DNA of 64,000 nucleotides, taken from assembly GCA_000252525.1 (NCBI GenBank), contig JH611156.1, forward strand, positions 23,863-87,862, read 5' to 3'. The DNA is from SAR86 cluster bacterium SAR86A. Lineage in GTDB: Bacteria > Pseudomonadota > Gammaproteobacteria > Magnimaribacterales > D2472. The translations under genes and the position numbers were made by a program. Positions 51,454-60,512 of this stretch are shown piece after piece. The notes beneath the pieces were generated by a model, which was not told the origin of the DNA, did no database searches, and saw only the letters and a program-made list of their open reading frames with translations. Numbering within the stretch: the first letter of the stretch is position 1; each line of letters starts with the position of its first letter.

Positions 51454-53665
51454 TGATACTTTTATTAAACAACAAATCACTTATTTCCTCTGTTATAAAA
51501 GGAGCAAAAGGGTGCATAAGATGCAAGATTTCATTGAGAAGCGGCCTTAGGTTGGCTGTATTCCCTGTATTCTTACATTCTTCAATATAAACATCACAAA
51601 ATTTACTCCAAAAAAACTCATATATCTCATTAACAGCGAAATCTAGCCTGTATTCAATTATATTTTTATTAATTTGTTCCTTGGTCTTTTGAAATTCATC
51701 ATATATCCATTTGTCTATATCATTTTCTGCATCAAATGTTTCTTTTTCAATTGGATAACCATCAATAAACCTTGCAGCATTCCATATTTTGTTACAAAAA
51801 TTTCTAAAACCTTTAAGTCTACCAAACTCAAAACTGATATCTTTTGTATGCGTAGCCATTGAAAAGAATGCCATTCTTAAGGCATCAGTTCCATAAGACT
51901 CAATGCCCTTAGGAAATTGATTTCTAGTTTTCTTTTCAATTTTCTCAGCTAATCCTTCTTGCATCAGATTGGCTGTTCTCTTATCAACTAATTCATCTTG
52001 AGATATTCCATATACTAAATCTAATGGATCTATAATATTTCCCTTTGATTTAGACATCTTTTGACCATTTTCATCTCTTATTAAACCCGTTACATAAACA
52101 TCTTTGAAAGGTATTTTATTAGTAAATTCAATACTCATCATGATCATTCTTGCTACCCAGAAAAATATTATGTCAAATCCAGTGACTAATAGAGAAGTTG
52201 GAAAATGTTTTTTTAAGTCTTCTGAATCATTTGGCCAACCCAAGGATGAGAATGGCCATAAACTTGAAGAAAACCAGGTATCAAGAACATCCTCATCTTG
52301 TGATAATTTTCTATTGTCAAGATCATAGTATTCTCTAACTTCTGTTTCATCGAAACCAACATATATATTATTTTCATTGTCATACCAAGCAGGTATTCTA
52401 TGACCCCACCAAATTTGACGGCTTATGCACCAATCTTCAATGTTATCCATCCAATTAAAATAAGTTTTTATCCAATTATTAGGATGAAATTTTACTTCAC
52501 CATTATTAACGGCATCATTGGCTTTTTTTGCCATCTCAGAAGTTTTTACATACCACTGATTACTTAATCTTGGCTCAATTACAATATTAGATCTTTCACC
52601 TCTTGGAACACTGATGGGATGCTTTTCTTCTTTCAACAATAATTCCTTTTCATTTAATTTTTCGAGAACAAGTTTTCTTACTTTAAATCGGTCAAGGTTT
52701 TGAAAAGGCTTAGGTACATTTTTGTTGGACCATGCATCTTCATTGAATATGTTAATTGGTTGAAATTTATCAGCATCTTTTGAAGTGAATACTTCTCCAT
52801 TAATTTCATGCAAACAATATTTTTTTCCAATTTCATAGTCATTAAAATCATGAGCGGGTGTAATTTTTAGGCATCCTGTACCAAAATCCATATCAACATA
52901 TTTATCAGCAATAATCGGTATTTTTCTACCTACAAAAGGCAATATTATTTTTTTACCAATTAAATCTTTATATCTTTTATCCTCTGGATTTACTGCAACA
53001 GCCATGTCTCCAAACATTGTCTCAGGTCTTGTTGTAGCAACAATCACAAAATCTTGACTATCTTCAATAGGGTACTTTATGTGCCAAATTATTCCGTCTT
53101 TTTCTTGCCTAATAACTTCAAGATCTGAAACAGCTGTTTTAAGTGAAGGATCCCAGTTTACGAGTCTATAACCTCTATAAACTTTGTCTTTTCTATATAA
53201 TTCTACAAAAGCTTTTATTACAGCGTCATTACATCCGTCATCAAGAGTAAATCTATATTTATCCCAATCAACGGTACAGCCCAGCCTCTTAATTTGTGCA
53301 GTGATATTTTTTTCAGAATAGTCTTTCCATGACCAAACTTCTTTTATAAATTTTTCTCTACCCAGATCTTTTCTTGTTATATTATTTTTTGAAAGATTGT
53401 TCTCTACAACCATTTGAGTTGCTATTCCTGCATGATCACTCCCAACTTGCCAATATGAGTCTTTGCCTTGCATATGATTAAATCTAGTATAGAAGTCCAT
53501 AATTGAGTATTGGAAACTATGTCCCATATGGAGTGTGCCAGTAACATTTGGCGGGGGTATTACCTGTGAAAAAGATTCTTTAGATTCTTTATTTGAAACT
53601 TTTCTTTTTGACCATATTTTTACCCATTTTTCCTCAACTTCAATAGGATTGTATTGTTTATCCAT
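51446..53665 (-). CDS. valS: Valine--tRNA ligase (C-terminally short)
   Basis: 739 aa containing PPPNVTGTLHMGH, KMSKSKGN and the anticodon-domain motifs DALRMAF and HPFAPFITEEI. The ORF ends 15 aa after ITEEI. Confidence 0.92.
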   Translation of the reverse strand: MDKQYNPIEVEEKWVKIWSKRKVSNKESKESFSQVIPPPNVTGTLHMGHSFQYSIMDFYTRFNHMQGKDSYWQVGSDHAGIATQMVVENNLSKNNITRKDLGREKFIKEVWSWKDYSEKNITAQIKRLGCTVDWDKYRFTLDDGCNDAVIKAFVELYRKDKVYRGYRLVNWDPSLKTAVSDLEVIRQEKDGIIWHIKYPIEDSQDFVIVATTRPETMFGDMAVAVNPEDKRYKDLIGKKIILPFVGRKIPIIADKYVDMDFGTGCLKITPAHDFNDYEIGKKYCLHEINGEVFTSKDADKFQPINIFNEDAWSNKNVPKPFQNLDRFKVRKLVLEKLNEKELLLKEEKHPISVPRGERSNIVIEPRLSNQWYVKTSEMAKKANDAVNNGEVKFHPNNWIKTYFNWMDNIEDWCISRQIWWGHRIPAWYDNENNIYVGFDETEVREYYDLDNRKLSQDEDVLDTWFSSSLWPFSSLGWPNDSEDLKKHFPTSLLVTGFDIIFFWVARMIMMSIEFTNKIPFKDVYVTGLIRDENGQKMSKSKGNIIDPLDLVYGISQDELVDKRTANLMQEGLAEKIEKKTRNQFPKGIESYGTDALRMAFFSMATHTKDISFEFGRLKGFRNFCNKIWNAARFIDGYPIEKETFDAENDIDKWIYDEFQKTKEQINKNIIEYRLDFAVNEIYEFFWSKFCDVYIEECKNTGNTANLRPLLNEILHLMHPFAPFITEEISDLLFNKSIIS

Positions 53666-53678
53666 ATGGCCTTAGTTT

Positions 53679-55169
53679 TTATTTCAATCTTTTACTTAGA
53701 AGAAGTTCACTAATAAGTGGAACAGGCCTTCCAGTTCCAGCTTTCACAGGCGTGCTGTAGGATGCGGTGGCAGCAATATCAATATGAGCCCACTTATAAT
53801 CTTTGGTAAACTTAGACAGGAATGCAGCAGCGTGAATAGTGCCTGCTTCTCTTCCGCCTCCAATATTAGCTAAATCTGCATATTTTGTATTTGTACATGA
53901 TTGATGTTCATCCCATAAAGGTAACTGCCATGCTCTGTCTCCAGACTCTTCACCAGATTCAATGATCATATCTGCAAGATGTTGATCATTTGTCATTACA
54001 CCGCTGGCATGTCTTCCAAGAGCAATTACAACTGCACCTGTTAATGTGGCCATATCAATTACATGTGATGGCTTATACTTTCCAACATAAGTTAAACAGT
54101 CAGCAAGAATAAGTCGTCCTTCAGCATCAGTATTTAGTATCTCAATAGTTTGTCCAGACATCGAAGTGACAACATCACCTGGTTTTGTAGCCTTTGATGA
54201 ACACATATTTTCAGCACAACCCATAATTCCAACAACGTTTACATTGGCATTTAGTCTTGCAAGCATTGACATGACACCAAATACTGTTGCTGCACCACAC
54301 ATATCCCATTTCATTTCATCCATTGCAGGACTAGGTTTTATTGAAACTCCACCAGTGTCAAAAGTTACCCCTTTTCCTACTAAAGCAACTGGTTTCTCTG
54401 ATGATTTACCACCTTTATATTCAATTACCATCATTCTTGCAGGCTCTTCACTTCCTCTAGAGACACTTAAAAATGAACCCATACCCATTTTTTTCATTTG
54501 ATTTTCATTGAATGATTTTACTTTCAGCTTTGGAAAATCTTTTGTCATTGCCTTTACCTTCTTTTCAATGATTCTTGGTGTGCAATGATTAGCAGGCAGA
54601 TCACCCAAATATTTGGCACTATTTACTCCCTCACCAATTGCGTATCCTTTTTTTGCAGCGTTTTTGGCTTTTATCAAATCAGATTTTGTAAGAGAAGATA
54701 CTAGAATGTTAAGCTTTTTAACACTTGGTTTTTTTGCAGTTTTATTGCATGTTTCAGAAAAAATATAGACGTTTGATTCAATAGTTTTAGCTACCATTTC
54801 AATCAGCCACATCTCACACTTACCTTTTGGATAAACCGTCCCTGGCATTATTGAAATATCTTTGGCTTTTAACTGATTGCCTTTTTGTGCTATTGATTGA
54901 TACATTGAGATTAATTTGTGAATTTGATCACTATCCTGGAATCCTTTTACTAAAAGTACATTCTTAGCGTTAAATGATTTAGCATTTGGAACCAATACTG
55001 AGCTTCCAGATTCTTTTAAATGTGACGAAACATCTTTTGCAAGTTGATTAACAACTTTATCCTTGGTGTTTTTATTTATCACAATTACTAATAAATCTGT
55101 TTTAAGAGATAGTAAATCAGACGAAGTTACATCTTTTACTGAAACGTTATTTAAAACTTTATATGCCAT
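53679..55169 (-). CDS. pepA: Leucyl aminopeptidase
   Basis: 496 aa containing VGKGVTFDTGG and NTDAEGRL. It is divergent from lptF-lptG, as in E. coli. Confidence 0.95.
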   Translation of the reverse strand: MAYKVLNNVSVKDVTSSDLLSLKTDLLVIVINKNTKDKVVNQLAKDVSSHLKESGSSVLVPNAKSFNAKNVLLVKGFQDSDQIHKLISMYQSIAQKGNQLKAKDISIMPGTVYPKGKCEMWLIEMVAKTIESNVYIFSETCNKTAKKPSVKKLNILVSSLTKSDLIKAKNAAKKGYAIGEGVNSAKYLGDLPANHCTPRIIEKKVKAMTKDFPKLKVKSFNENQMKKMGMGSFLSVSRGSEEPARMMVIEYKGGKSSEKPVALVGKGVTFDTGGVSIKPSPAMDEMKWDMCGAATVFGVMSMLARLNANVNVVGIMGCAENMCSSKATKPGDVVTSMSGQTIEILNTDAEGRLILADCLTYVGKYKPSHVIDMATLTGAVVIALGRHASGVMTNDQHLADMIIESGEESGDRAWQLPLWDEHQSCTNTKYADLANIGGGREAGTIHAAAFLSKFTKDYKWAHIDIAATASYSTPVKAGTGRPVPLISELLLSKRLK

Positions 55170-55214
55170 TTAAGTTCTCCTGTAATAGTATTTACTGATA
55201 AGATAAATATTGTA

Positions 55215-56366
55215 ATGCATCATACTTCACAAGGCATGTATAAAAAAAATATTCTTTCAAAAAGTTTGAATATTGAGGTTTTAAAATCGAGTGTCGCCAT
55301 ATTATTCATTTTCTTTTTTTTAGTTATTGGATCAAGATTTGTTGGATATTTTGAGCAGGCCTCTGAGGGCCTATTGGACCCAAATATAATATTAAAAGTT
55401 GTTGTTCTTAGGTTTCCAGATTTCATTACTTTACTAATACCTTTTTCATTTTTTCTTGGTGTAGTTGTGACTATTTCAAGAATGTATGCAGAAAATGAAA
55501 TATATGGTTATTTTTCTGCTGGCTTGTCAAAAAACAATCTTTTGAAGTTTTTATTTCCTCAAGCAATTGCATTCTTTTTTTCCACATTAATATTAAGTTT
55601 GTTCGTAGCACCATATACAAAGGAACTTTCAAAAGACATGCTTTCAGTTGACTCTTTTCAAGATCAATTTGAATCTATCAAACCAAATAAAATTTTTATG
55701 TTTAATGAAGGTGATGGCTTCATTTACTCTGATAAAAAAAATGACAATGTTCTTGAAGGAGTTACAATTTTCTTGTCTGATGGAGATTCATCTTCACTAA
55801 TTCTTTCTGACAGTATGACGTTTCAGAATCATGGAGCAGAATTAGATCTTAAATTTGAGGATGGAAAGTTGCATCAAGGAATCTTTGAATCAAAAAATCA
55901 AATAACTTCAGATTTTGGAAAACTTAAAATACCAATAGATAATGATACTTCCTCTTTAAGTGGTTTATCACTTTCAAAACTTTTTGATTATTCTCTTAAG
56001 TCCTCTAAATCCGAGTTTCTTTGGAATATTTCAATTCCAATCACAATCTTTATTCTGTTACTTATTGGTATTAGTATTTCAAAAGTTGAACCTAGGCAGG
56101 GAAGATTATCAGTATTTTTTCCTGCAATAGCCATTTATATTTTTTATTTGAGTTTGCTTATTTTAACCAGAGATCTCATTGATGGGGACAATTCGCTTTC
56201 GCAATACTATATTTGGCTGACTCACTTGTTATTTCTTTTGATAGGGTTGTTTGGTCTTTTTTGGCAAGATTTTTTAAAACCAAACATTATTTTCAAAAAA
56301 GGTTATTTTCCAAGAATAATGCTGATAATTTTTATTATTTTTCTCTTTGTATGGATTGTAAGTTAA
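55215..56366 (+). CDS. lptF: LPS export ABC transporter permease LptF
   Basis: YjgP/YjgQ-family permease with 6 TM segments and a periplasmic domain. An alternative start at ATG 55236 (MYKKNILSK) aligns better with E. coli LptF. Confidence 0.88.
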   Translation: MHHTSQGMYKKNILSKSLNIEVLKSSVAILFIFFFLVIGSRFVGYFEQASEGLLDPNIILKVVVLRFPDFITLLIPFSFFLGVVVTISRMYAENEIYGYFSAGLSKNNLLKFLFPQAIAFFFSTLILSLFVAPYTKELSKDMLSVDSFQDQFESIKPNKIFMFNEGDGFIYSDKKNDNVLEGVTIFLSDGDSSSLILSDSMTFQNHGAELDLKFEDGKLHQGIFESKNQITSDFGKLKIPIDNDTSSLSGLSLSKLFDYSLKSSKSEFLWNISIPITIFILLLIGISISKVEPRQGRLSVFFPAIAIYIFYLSLLILTRDLIDGDNSLSQYYIWLTHLLFLLIGLFGLFWQDFLKPNIIFKKGYFPRIMLIIFIIFLFVWIVS

Positions 56367-57373
56367 TGGGTATTTTTAATTTATATTTAATAAAGAGATC
56401 ATTTGTTTTCTCAATATCCATTTTAATATTATTTGGAATACTTGATTCTATATTCTCTTTAATTTCTGAATTGGAGAATATTTCAGAAAGATATACTTTC
56501 ACTAGCATTTTAGTTTATGTTTTTCAGTCAATGCCGCATAGACTAATCGATTTTGTTGAGGGGGCATGCTTATTGGGAGTCATGATTGCATTGGCAATTT
56601 CTCATCAAGAAGGTAATTTAAATGTTCTTAGATCTGCTGGAAAGTCGCCGTTTAAAATAATTTTAATAAGTTCTATTGGGCCAATATTATTAGCAACTTT
56701 ACTTATATTATTTGATGAAGTTATATTCAAAAAGTCATATATAAATGCAGAAATTAACAAGAATGTTCTACTAGAAAAAGTAATAGCCTCTAATGAGAAC
56801 AAATGGATAAATCAAAATGATTTATTTTTAGGTTATCAAGATATTATTGAAGATAATATTTTTAATGCAAAACTAATAAAGTTGATTGATGATAAGGAAA
56901 TAAATGTTTTTGAGTCAAAATTAGCTAAGATTGATGATACTAAAATAGTATTTGGTAATGATCAGCAAGTAAATTTTGTTATTCCAATACAATCAAGAAT
57001 TTCGATAAAAAATATTCAAAACGAAAATATTTCAGAACTCTATTATTTAAAAAAATTATTTATCGAAAGCAAACTTGAGGATGATATTCTTTTCAAACAG
57101 CACATTGATAAAGCTTTATATAAAGTAGTACTTATTCCACTATCTATTTTTGCATTAATTGCATATTTTGGGTCACTGATATTTGGTTCACTAAGAGATT
57201 TAAACATTGGGGCAAGAATTACAATTGCTGTTTTTGGTGCCTTTGTCTATAAGCTTATGCAGGATTTATCAATTGGGATATTTATTTCATTTAACTTGTC
57301 AGTTTTAATTGGAGTAATGATCCCATCTATTCTTTTGGCGTTGCTTGCAATTAACTCTTACAGGAAAATTTAA
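56366..57373 (+). CDS. lptG: LPS export ABC transporter permease LptG
   Basis: I trimmed the track ORF to ATG 56366 (MGIFNLYLIKRSF), which forms a TAATG overlap with lptF. It is a YjgP/YjgQ family member. Confidence 0.88.
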   Translation: MGIFNLYLIKRSFVFSISILILFGILDSIFSLISELENISERYTFTSILVYVFQSMPHRLIDFVEGACLLGVMIALAISHQEGNLNVLRSAGKSPFKIILISSIGPILLATLLILFDEVIFKKSYINAEINKNVLLEKVIASNENKWINQNDLFLGYQDIIEDNIFNAKLIKLIDDKEINVFESKLAKIDDTKIVFGNDQQVNFVIPIQSRISIKNIQNENISELYYLKKLFIESKLEDDILFKQHIDKALYKVVLIPLSIFALIAYFGSLIFGSLRDLNIGARITIAVFGAFVYKLMQDLSIGIFISFNLSVLIGVMIPSILLALLAINSYRKI

Positions 57374-57780
57374 ATTTTCTGATACGTTGTTTTTGAAATG
57401 ATGTCACTTAGTGAAAGATTGTTTTTTGTAAAATAAATTAAGACTAATGGGAGCCCAAATAAAAAAAATGTTAAAAGGTTACAAAAGTACCTAATTGATA
57501 TCTGATAAAAGGTTACTGGTTTTTTATCGAGACTGTAAATTTCAAATTTCCAGACCGCCATTCCAAGTGTTTTGCCGCCATGTGTCCAAAAATATCCATA
57601 AAAAATCCATGTGCTTAAAAATACAATCAATGGACCAATCCATTTACTCTCAATAATACCTCCATTTATCCATACAGCTATTGATCCTGATGCAAACCAT
57701 ACACCAAGCAATAATAATAAATCGTATATGGCCGCAGCTATTCTTTTAAGAGGAAATACTTTATGTGAATTTTCAGACAT
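57370..57780 (-). CDS. RDD family membrane protein
   Basis: 136 aa. The N-terminus RIAAAIYDLLLLLGVWF and 3 TM spans are typical of the RDD domain. Confidence 0.75.
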   Translation of the reverse strand: MSENSHKVFPLKRIAAAIYDLLLLLGVWFASGSIAVWINGGIIESKWIGPLIVFLSTWIFYGYFWTHGGKTLGMAVWKFEIYSLDKKPVTFYQISIRYFCNLLTFFLFGLPLVLIYFTKNNLSLSDIISKTTYQKI

Positions 57781-57819
57781 TTTGGTATAGTACTAAATTA
57801 TAAAAAAAAATAAATTATT

Positions 57820-59295
57820 ATGAGTTCTACTTCAGATTTTCTTGGACATCCCAAAGGTTTATTTGTATGTTTTGCAACAGAAATGTGGGAAAGATTCTCT
57901 TATTATGGAATGAGAGCACTTCTGATACTTTACCTAACAAAGCATTGGGAATTTACTGACACAACAAGTTATCTAATCTATGGAGCTTACACATCTTTAG
58001 TTTACATAATGCCAGTTTTTGGAGGAATGTTAGCTGATCAAATTTTAGGATCAAAGAAAGCTGTAACTTATGGCGCCATTTTATTGGTGTTTGGACACTT
58101 AGGCATGACAGTAGAAAGCAGCGAACAGGTTTTTTATCTTTCGTTAGCTTTAATAGTTTCAGGTGTAGGTTTTTTAAAACCAAACATTTCAACAATGGTT
58201 GGAGCTTTGTATGAAGAAGGAGACCCAAGAAGAGATTCAGGCTTTACAATTTTTTATATGGGTATAAATATTGGTGCTTTTACTGCGACACTCCTTTGCG
58301 GATACTTAGGAGAAGAAATTGGTTGGGCATATGGTTTTGGAGCTGCTGGAATTGGTATGTTGCTGGGATTAATTATATTTTTATGGGGACAAAAATATCT
58401 TGAGGGCTTAGCAGAGCCACCATCAAACAAATATATGACAAAGATTAACGGAATTTCATATGAAAATTGGGCATATATTTCTGGTGTTGTGATGGTCTTA
58501 ATAACATGGTTTTTAGTTCAAAATTCACAGTTAGTGGGGCAATTATTAGGAGGCTTTGGAGTCATTTTTATTGGCGCATGGTTATTTTATGCTTTATTAA
58601 AATGTGCTCCTGAAGAAAGAGACAGATTAATAGTTGTGGGGATTTTAATATTATTTTCACTGATATTTTGGGCTTTATTTGAACAGGCTGGATCTTCATT
58701 AAACATTCTTACTGATAGAGGTGTTGATAGAGTAATTTTTGGTTGGGAAGTCCCAGCATCTATGTTTCAATCTCTAAATGCTGGATTCATTTTTACAATA
58801 GCTCCTCTTTTTGCTCTTTTATGGATAGCTCTTGCAAAAAGAAATATGGAACCCTCTACACCAATTAAATTCGCAATTGGTATTGTTTTTGTTGGATTAG
58901 GATTTTTAGCTCTAGTTTATGGCATGAAATCATCTGAGGGACTTCAAACAGGCGTATTTTGGATAATACTAATTTATCTGTTGCATACCCTAGGAGAGCT
59001 TTGCTTGTCTCCTGTTGGACTTTCATCCGTTACCAAATTATCTCCTCAGAGAATTGTTGGTTTTATGATGGGAATGTGGTTTTTTGCTTCTGCAGCTGGA
59101 AACTATGTAGCTGGATTAATTGCTAGAGCAACTGCATCAGAGTCTTCAGGAGAGGCAAGCGATGTTTTTAATCTAGCTCAAAAACAAGCTTTCATGGATG
59201 TTTATACTGATGTTGGAATAATCGCAATAGGTTGTGGAATATTCTTAGCAATAATTACACCTCTTCTTAAAAAGCTGATGCATGGCGCGAATTAA
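57820..59295 (+). CDS. Di-/tripeptide:proton symporter (POT/PTR2 family)
   Basis: 491 aa. HPKGLFVCFATEMWERFSYYGMRALLILYL contains the ExxERFxYY motif. About 14 TM segments. Confidence 0.92.
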   Translation: MSSTSDFLGHPKGLFVCFATEMWERFSYYGMRALLILYLTKHWEFTDTTSYLIYGAYTSLVYIMPVFGGMLADQILGSKKAVTYGAILLVFGHLGMTVESSEQVFYLSLALIVSGVGFLKPNISTMVGALYEEGDPRRDSGFTIFYMGINIGAFTATLLCGYLGEEIGWAYGFGAAGIGMLLGLIIFLWGQKYLEGLAEPPSNKYMTKINGISYENWAYISGVVMVLITWFLVQNSQLVGQLLGGFGVIFIGAWLFYALLKCAPEERDRLIVVGILILFSLIFWALFEQAGSSLNILTDRGVDRVIFGWEVPASMFQSLNAGFIFTIAPLFALLWIALAKRNMEPSTPIKFAIGIVFVGLGFLALVYGMKSSEGLQTGVFWIILIYLLHTLGELCLSPVGLSSVTKLSPQRIVGFMMGMWFFASAAGNYVAGLIARATASESSGEASDVFNLAQKQAFMDVYTDVGIIAIGCGIFLAIITPLLKKLMHGAN

Positions 59296-59384
59296 AAAAA
59301 AAGATCCTGTTAAAAAAAACATGGATAAGTTTCACAAACCAAAAACTCATAAAGATAAGACAAAATATAATAGAAAGAAAAAAT

Positions 59385-60512
59385 CTAAAGATTTTGATTA
59401 AGATTTAATAGGATATTTTTATAAATATCTTTTAATTTCCATAAATCACTAATTTTTACATGCTCATCAACTTGGTGAATAGACTGGTTAACAGGCCCTA
59501 ATTCAACAATTTCAGTATTCATTTTTGCTACAAATCGTCCATCTGAAGTTCCACCTTTAGCATTCAATTCTGGAAGATATCCTGTTATCTCTTCAACAGA
59601 GGAACAGACTATATCCTTGAAGAAATTTTCTTCTGTTAAATAAGGATCTCCGTTAAGATCCCACTCACATTCATAATTTATACCAAGATCATTGATTATC
59701 GATTCAAAATCAGCTTTTAAGCTTTGTTCAGATGATTCAGTCGAAAACCTGAAATTAAATATTATTTCAAGATTGCCAGGGACAACATTATGAGCACCAG
59801 TTCCAGAACTTATATTAGAAATTTGAAAGCTTGTTGGATCAAAAATATCATTCCCATTATCCCATTTTTTGTTTTTTAGTTTTGTAATTAAGTCACTTGA
59901 TAAAAATATTGGATTGATAACATTTTCGGGATAGGCTATGTGTCCTTGCTTACCAAAAATTTTTAATTTACCGCCGAGTGACCCTCGTCTTCCTACTCTT
60001 GCACAATCAGCAACTTTCTTGCTAGATGTTGGCTCCCCAACAAGGCAAAAATCAATATGCTCATCATCATCTATCATTTTTTCAACAATCTTATCGATAA
60101 ATCCGTCTTTAGAATTACCTTCTTCATTAGATGTTAGTAATATTGCTAATCTGAAATTAAGCTTTTCTATGGTCTTTAAAAATTCTTTTGCACTTTCCAT
60201 AAAAACAGCCACAGATGATTTCATGTCCGCTGTTCCTCTGCCATATAGAATATCTTGCTCAATTGTTGCTGAGAAGGGTGGGTATTTCCATTTATCTTCA
60301 GGCCCACTTGGTACTACATCGGTATGCCCAAGAAAACAAAAAAGTTTTCCAGAATCTCCTATCGTTGCATACAAATTTTCTACGTTCTGATAATTAATTC
60401 GTTCGCATTTAAAATTCAATTCCTTTAATTCTTTTTCAATAAGATCAAAACAACCTTCATCATTTGGAGAAAGCGATTTAATTCTTATAAGTTGTTGAAG
60501 AAAATCAATCAT
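59385..60512 (-). CDS. dapE: Succinyl-diaminopimelate desuccinylase
   Basis: 375 aa of the M20 family, containing LIRIKSLSPND, GHTDVVP and SNEEG. It lies downstream of dapD. Confidence 0.9.
   Translation of the reverse strand: MIDFLQQLIRIKSLSPNDEGCFDLIEKELKELNFKCERINYQNVENLYATIGDSGKLFCFLGHTDVVPSGPEDKWKYPPFSATIEQDILYGRGTADMKSSVAVFMESAKEFLKTIEKLNFRLAILLTSNEEGNSKDGFIDKIVEKMIDDDEHIDFCLVGEPTSSKKVADCARVGRRGSLGGKLKIFGKQGHIAYPENVINPIFLSSDLITKLKNKKWDNGNDIFDPTSFQISNISSGTGAHNVVPGNLEIIFNFRFSTESSEQSLKADFESIINDLGINYECEWDLNGDPYLTEENFFKDIVCSSVEEITGYLPELNAKGGTSDGRFVAKMNTEIVELGPVNQSIHQVDEHVKISDLWKLKDIYKNILLNLNQNL

Noticed and set aside
51290-51550. 86-aa plus-strand ORF spanning the GNAT 3' end and the valS 3' end.
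   Set aside because: It is out of frame with the well-supported GNAT gene and antisense to valS. Its translation is featureless.
59321-59401. Calling the 26-aa basic ORF an ArfA (alternative ribosome rescue factor).
   Set aside because: ArfA needs an N-terminal RF2-recruiting segment of about 25-30 aa, which is absent here. The similarity is limited to a lysine-rich patch that AAA-rich DNA produces easily. I kept it only as an unassigned small-ORF candidate.
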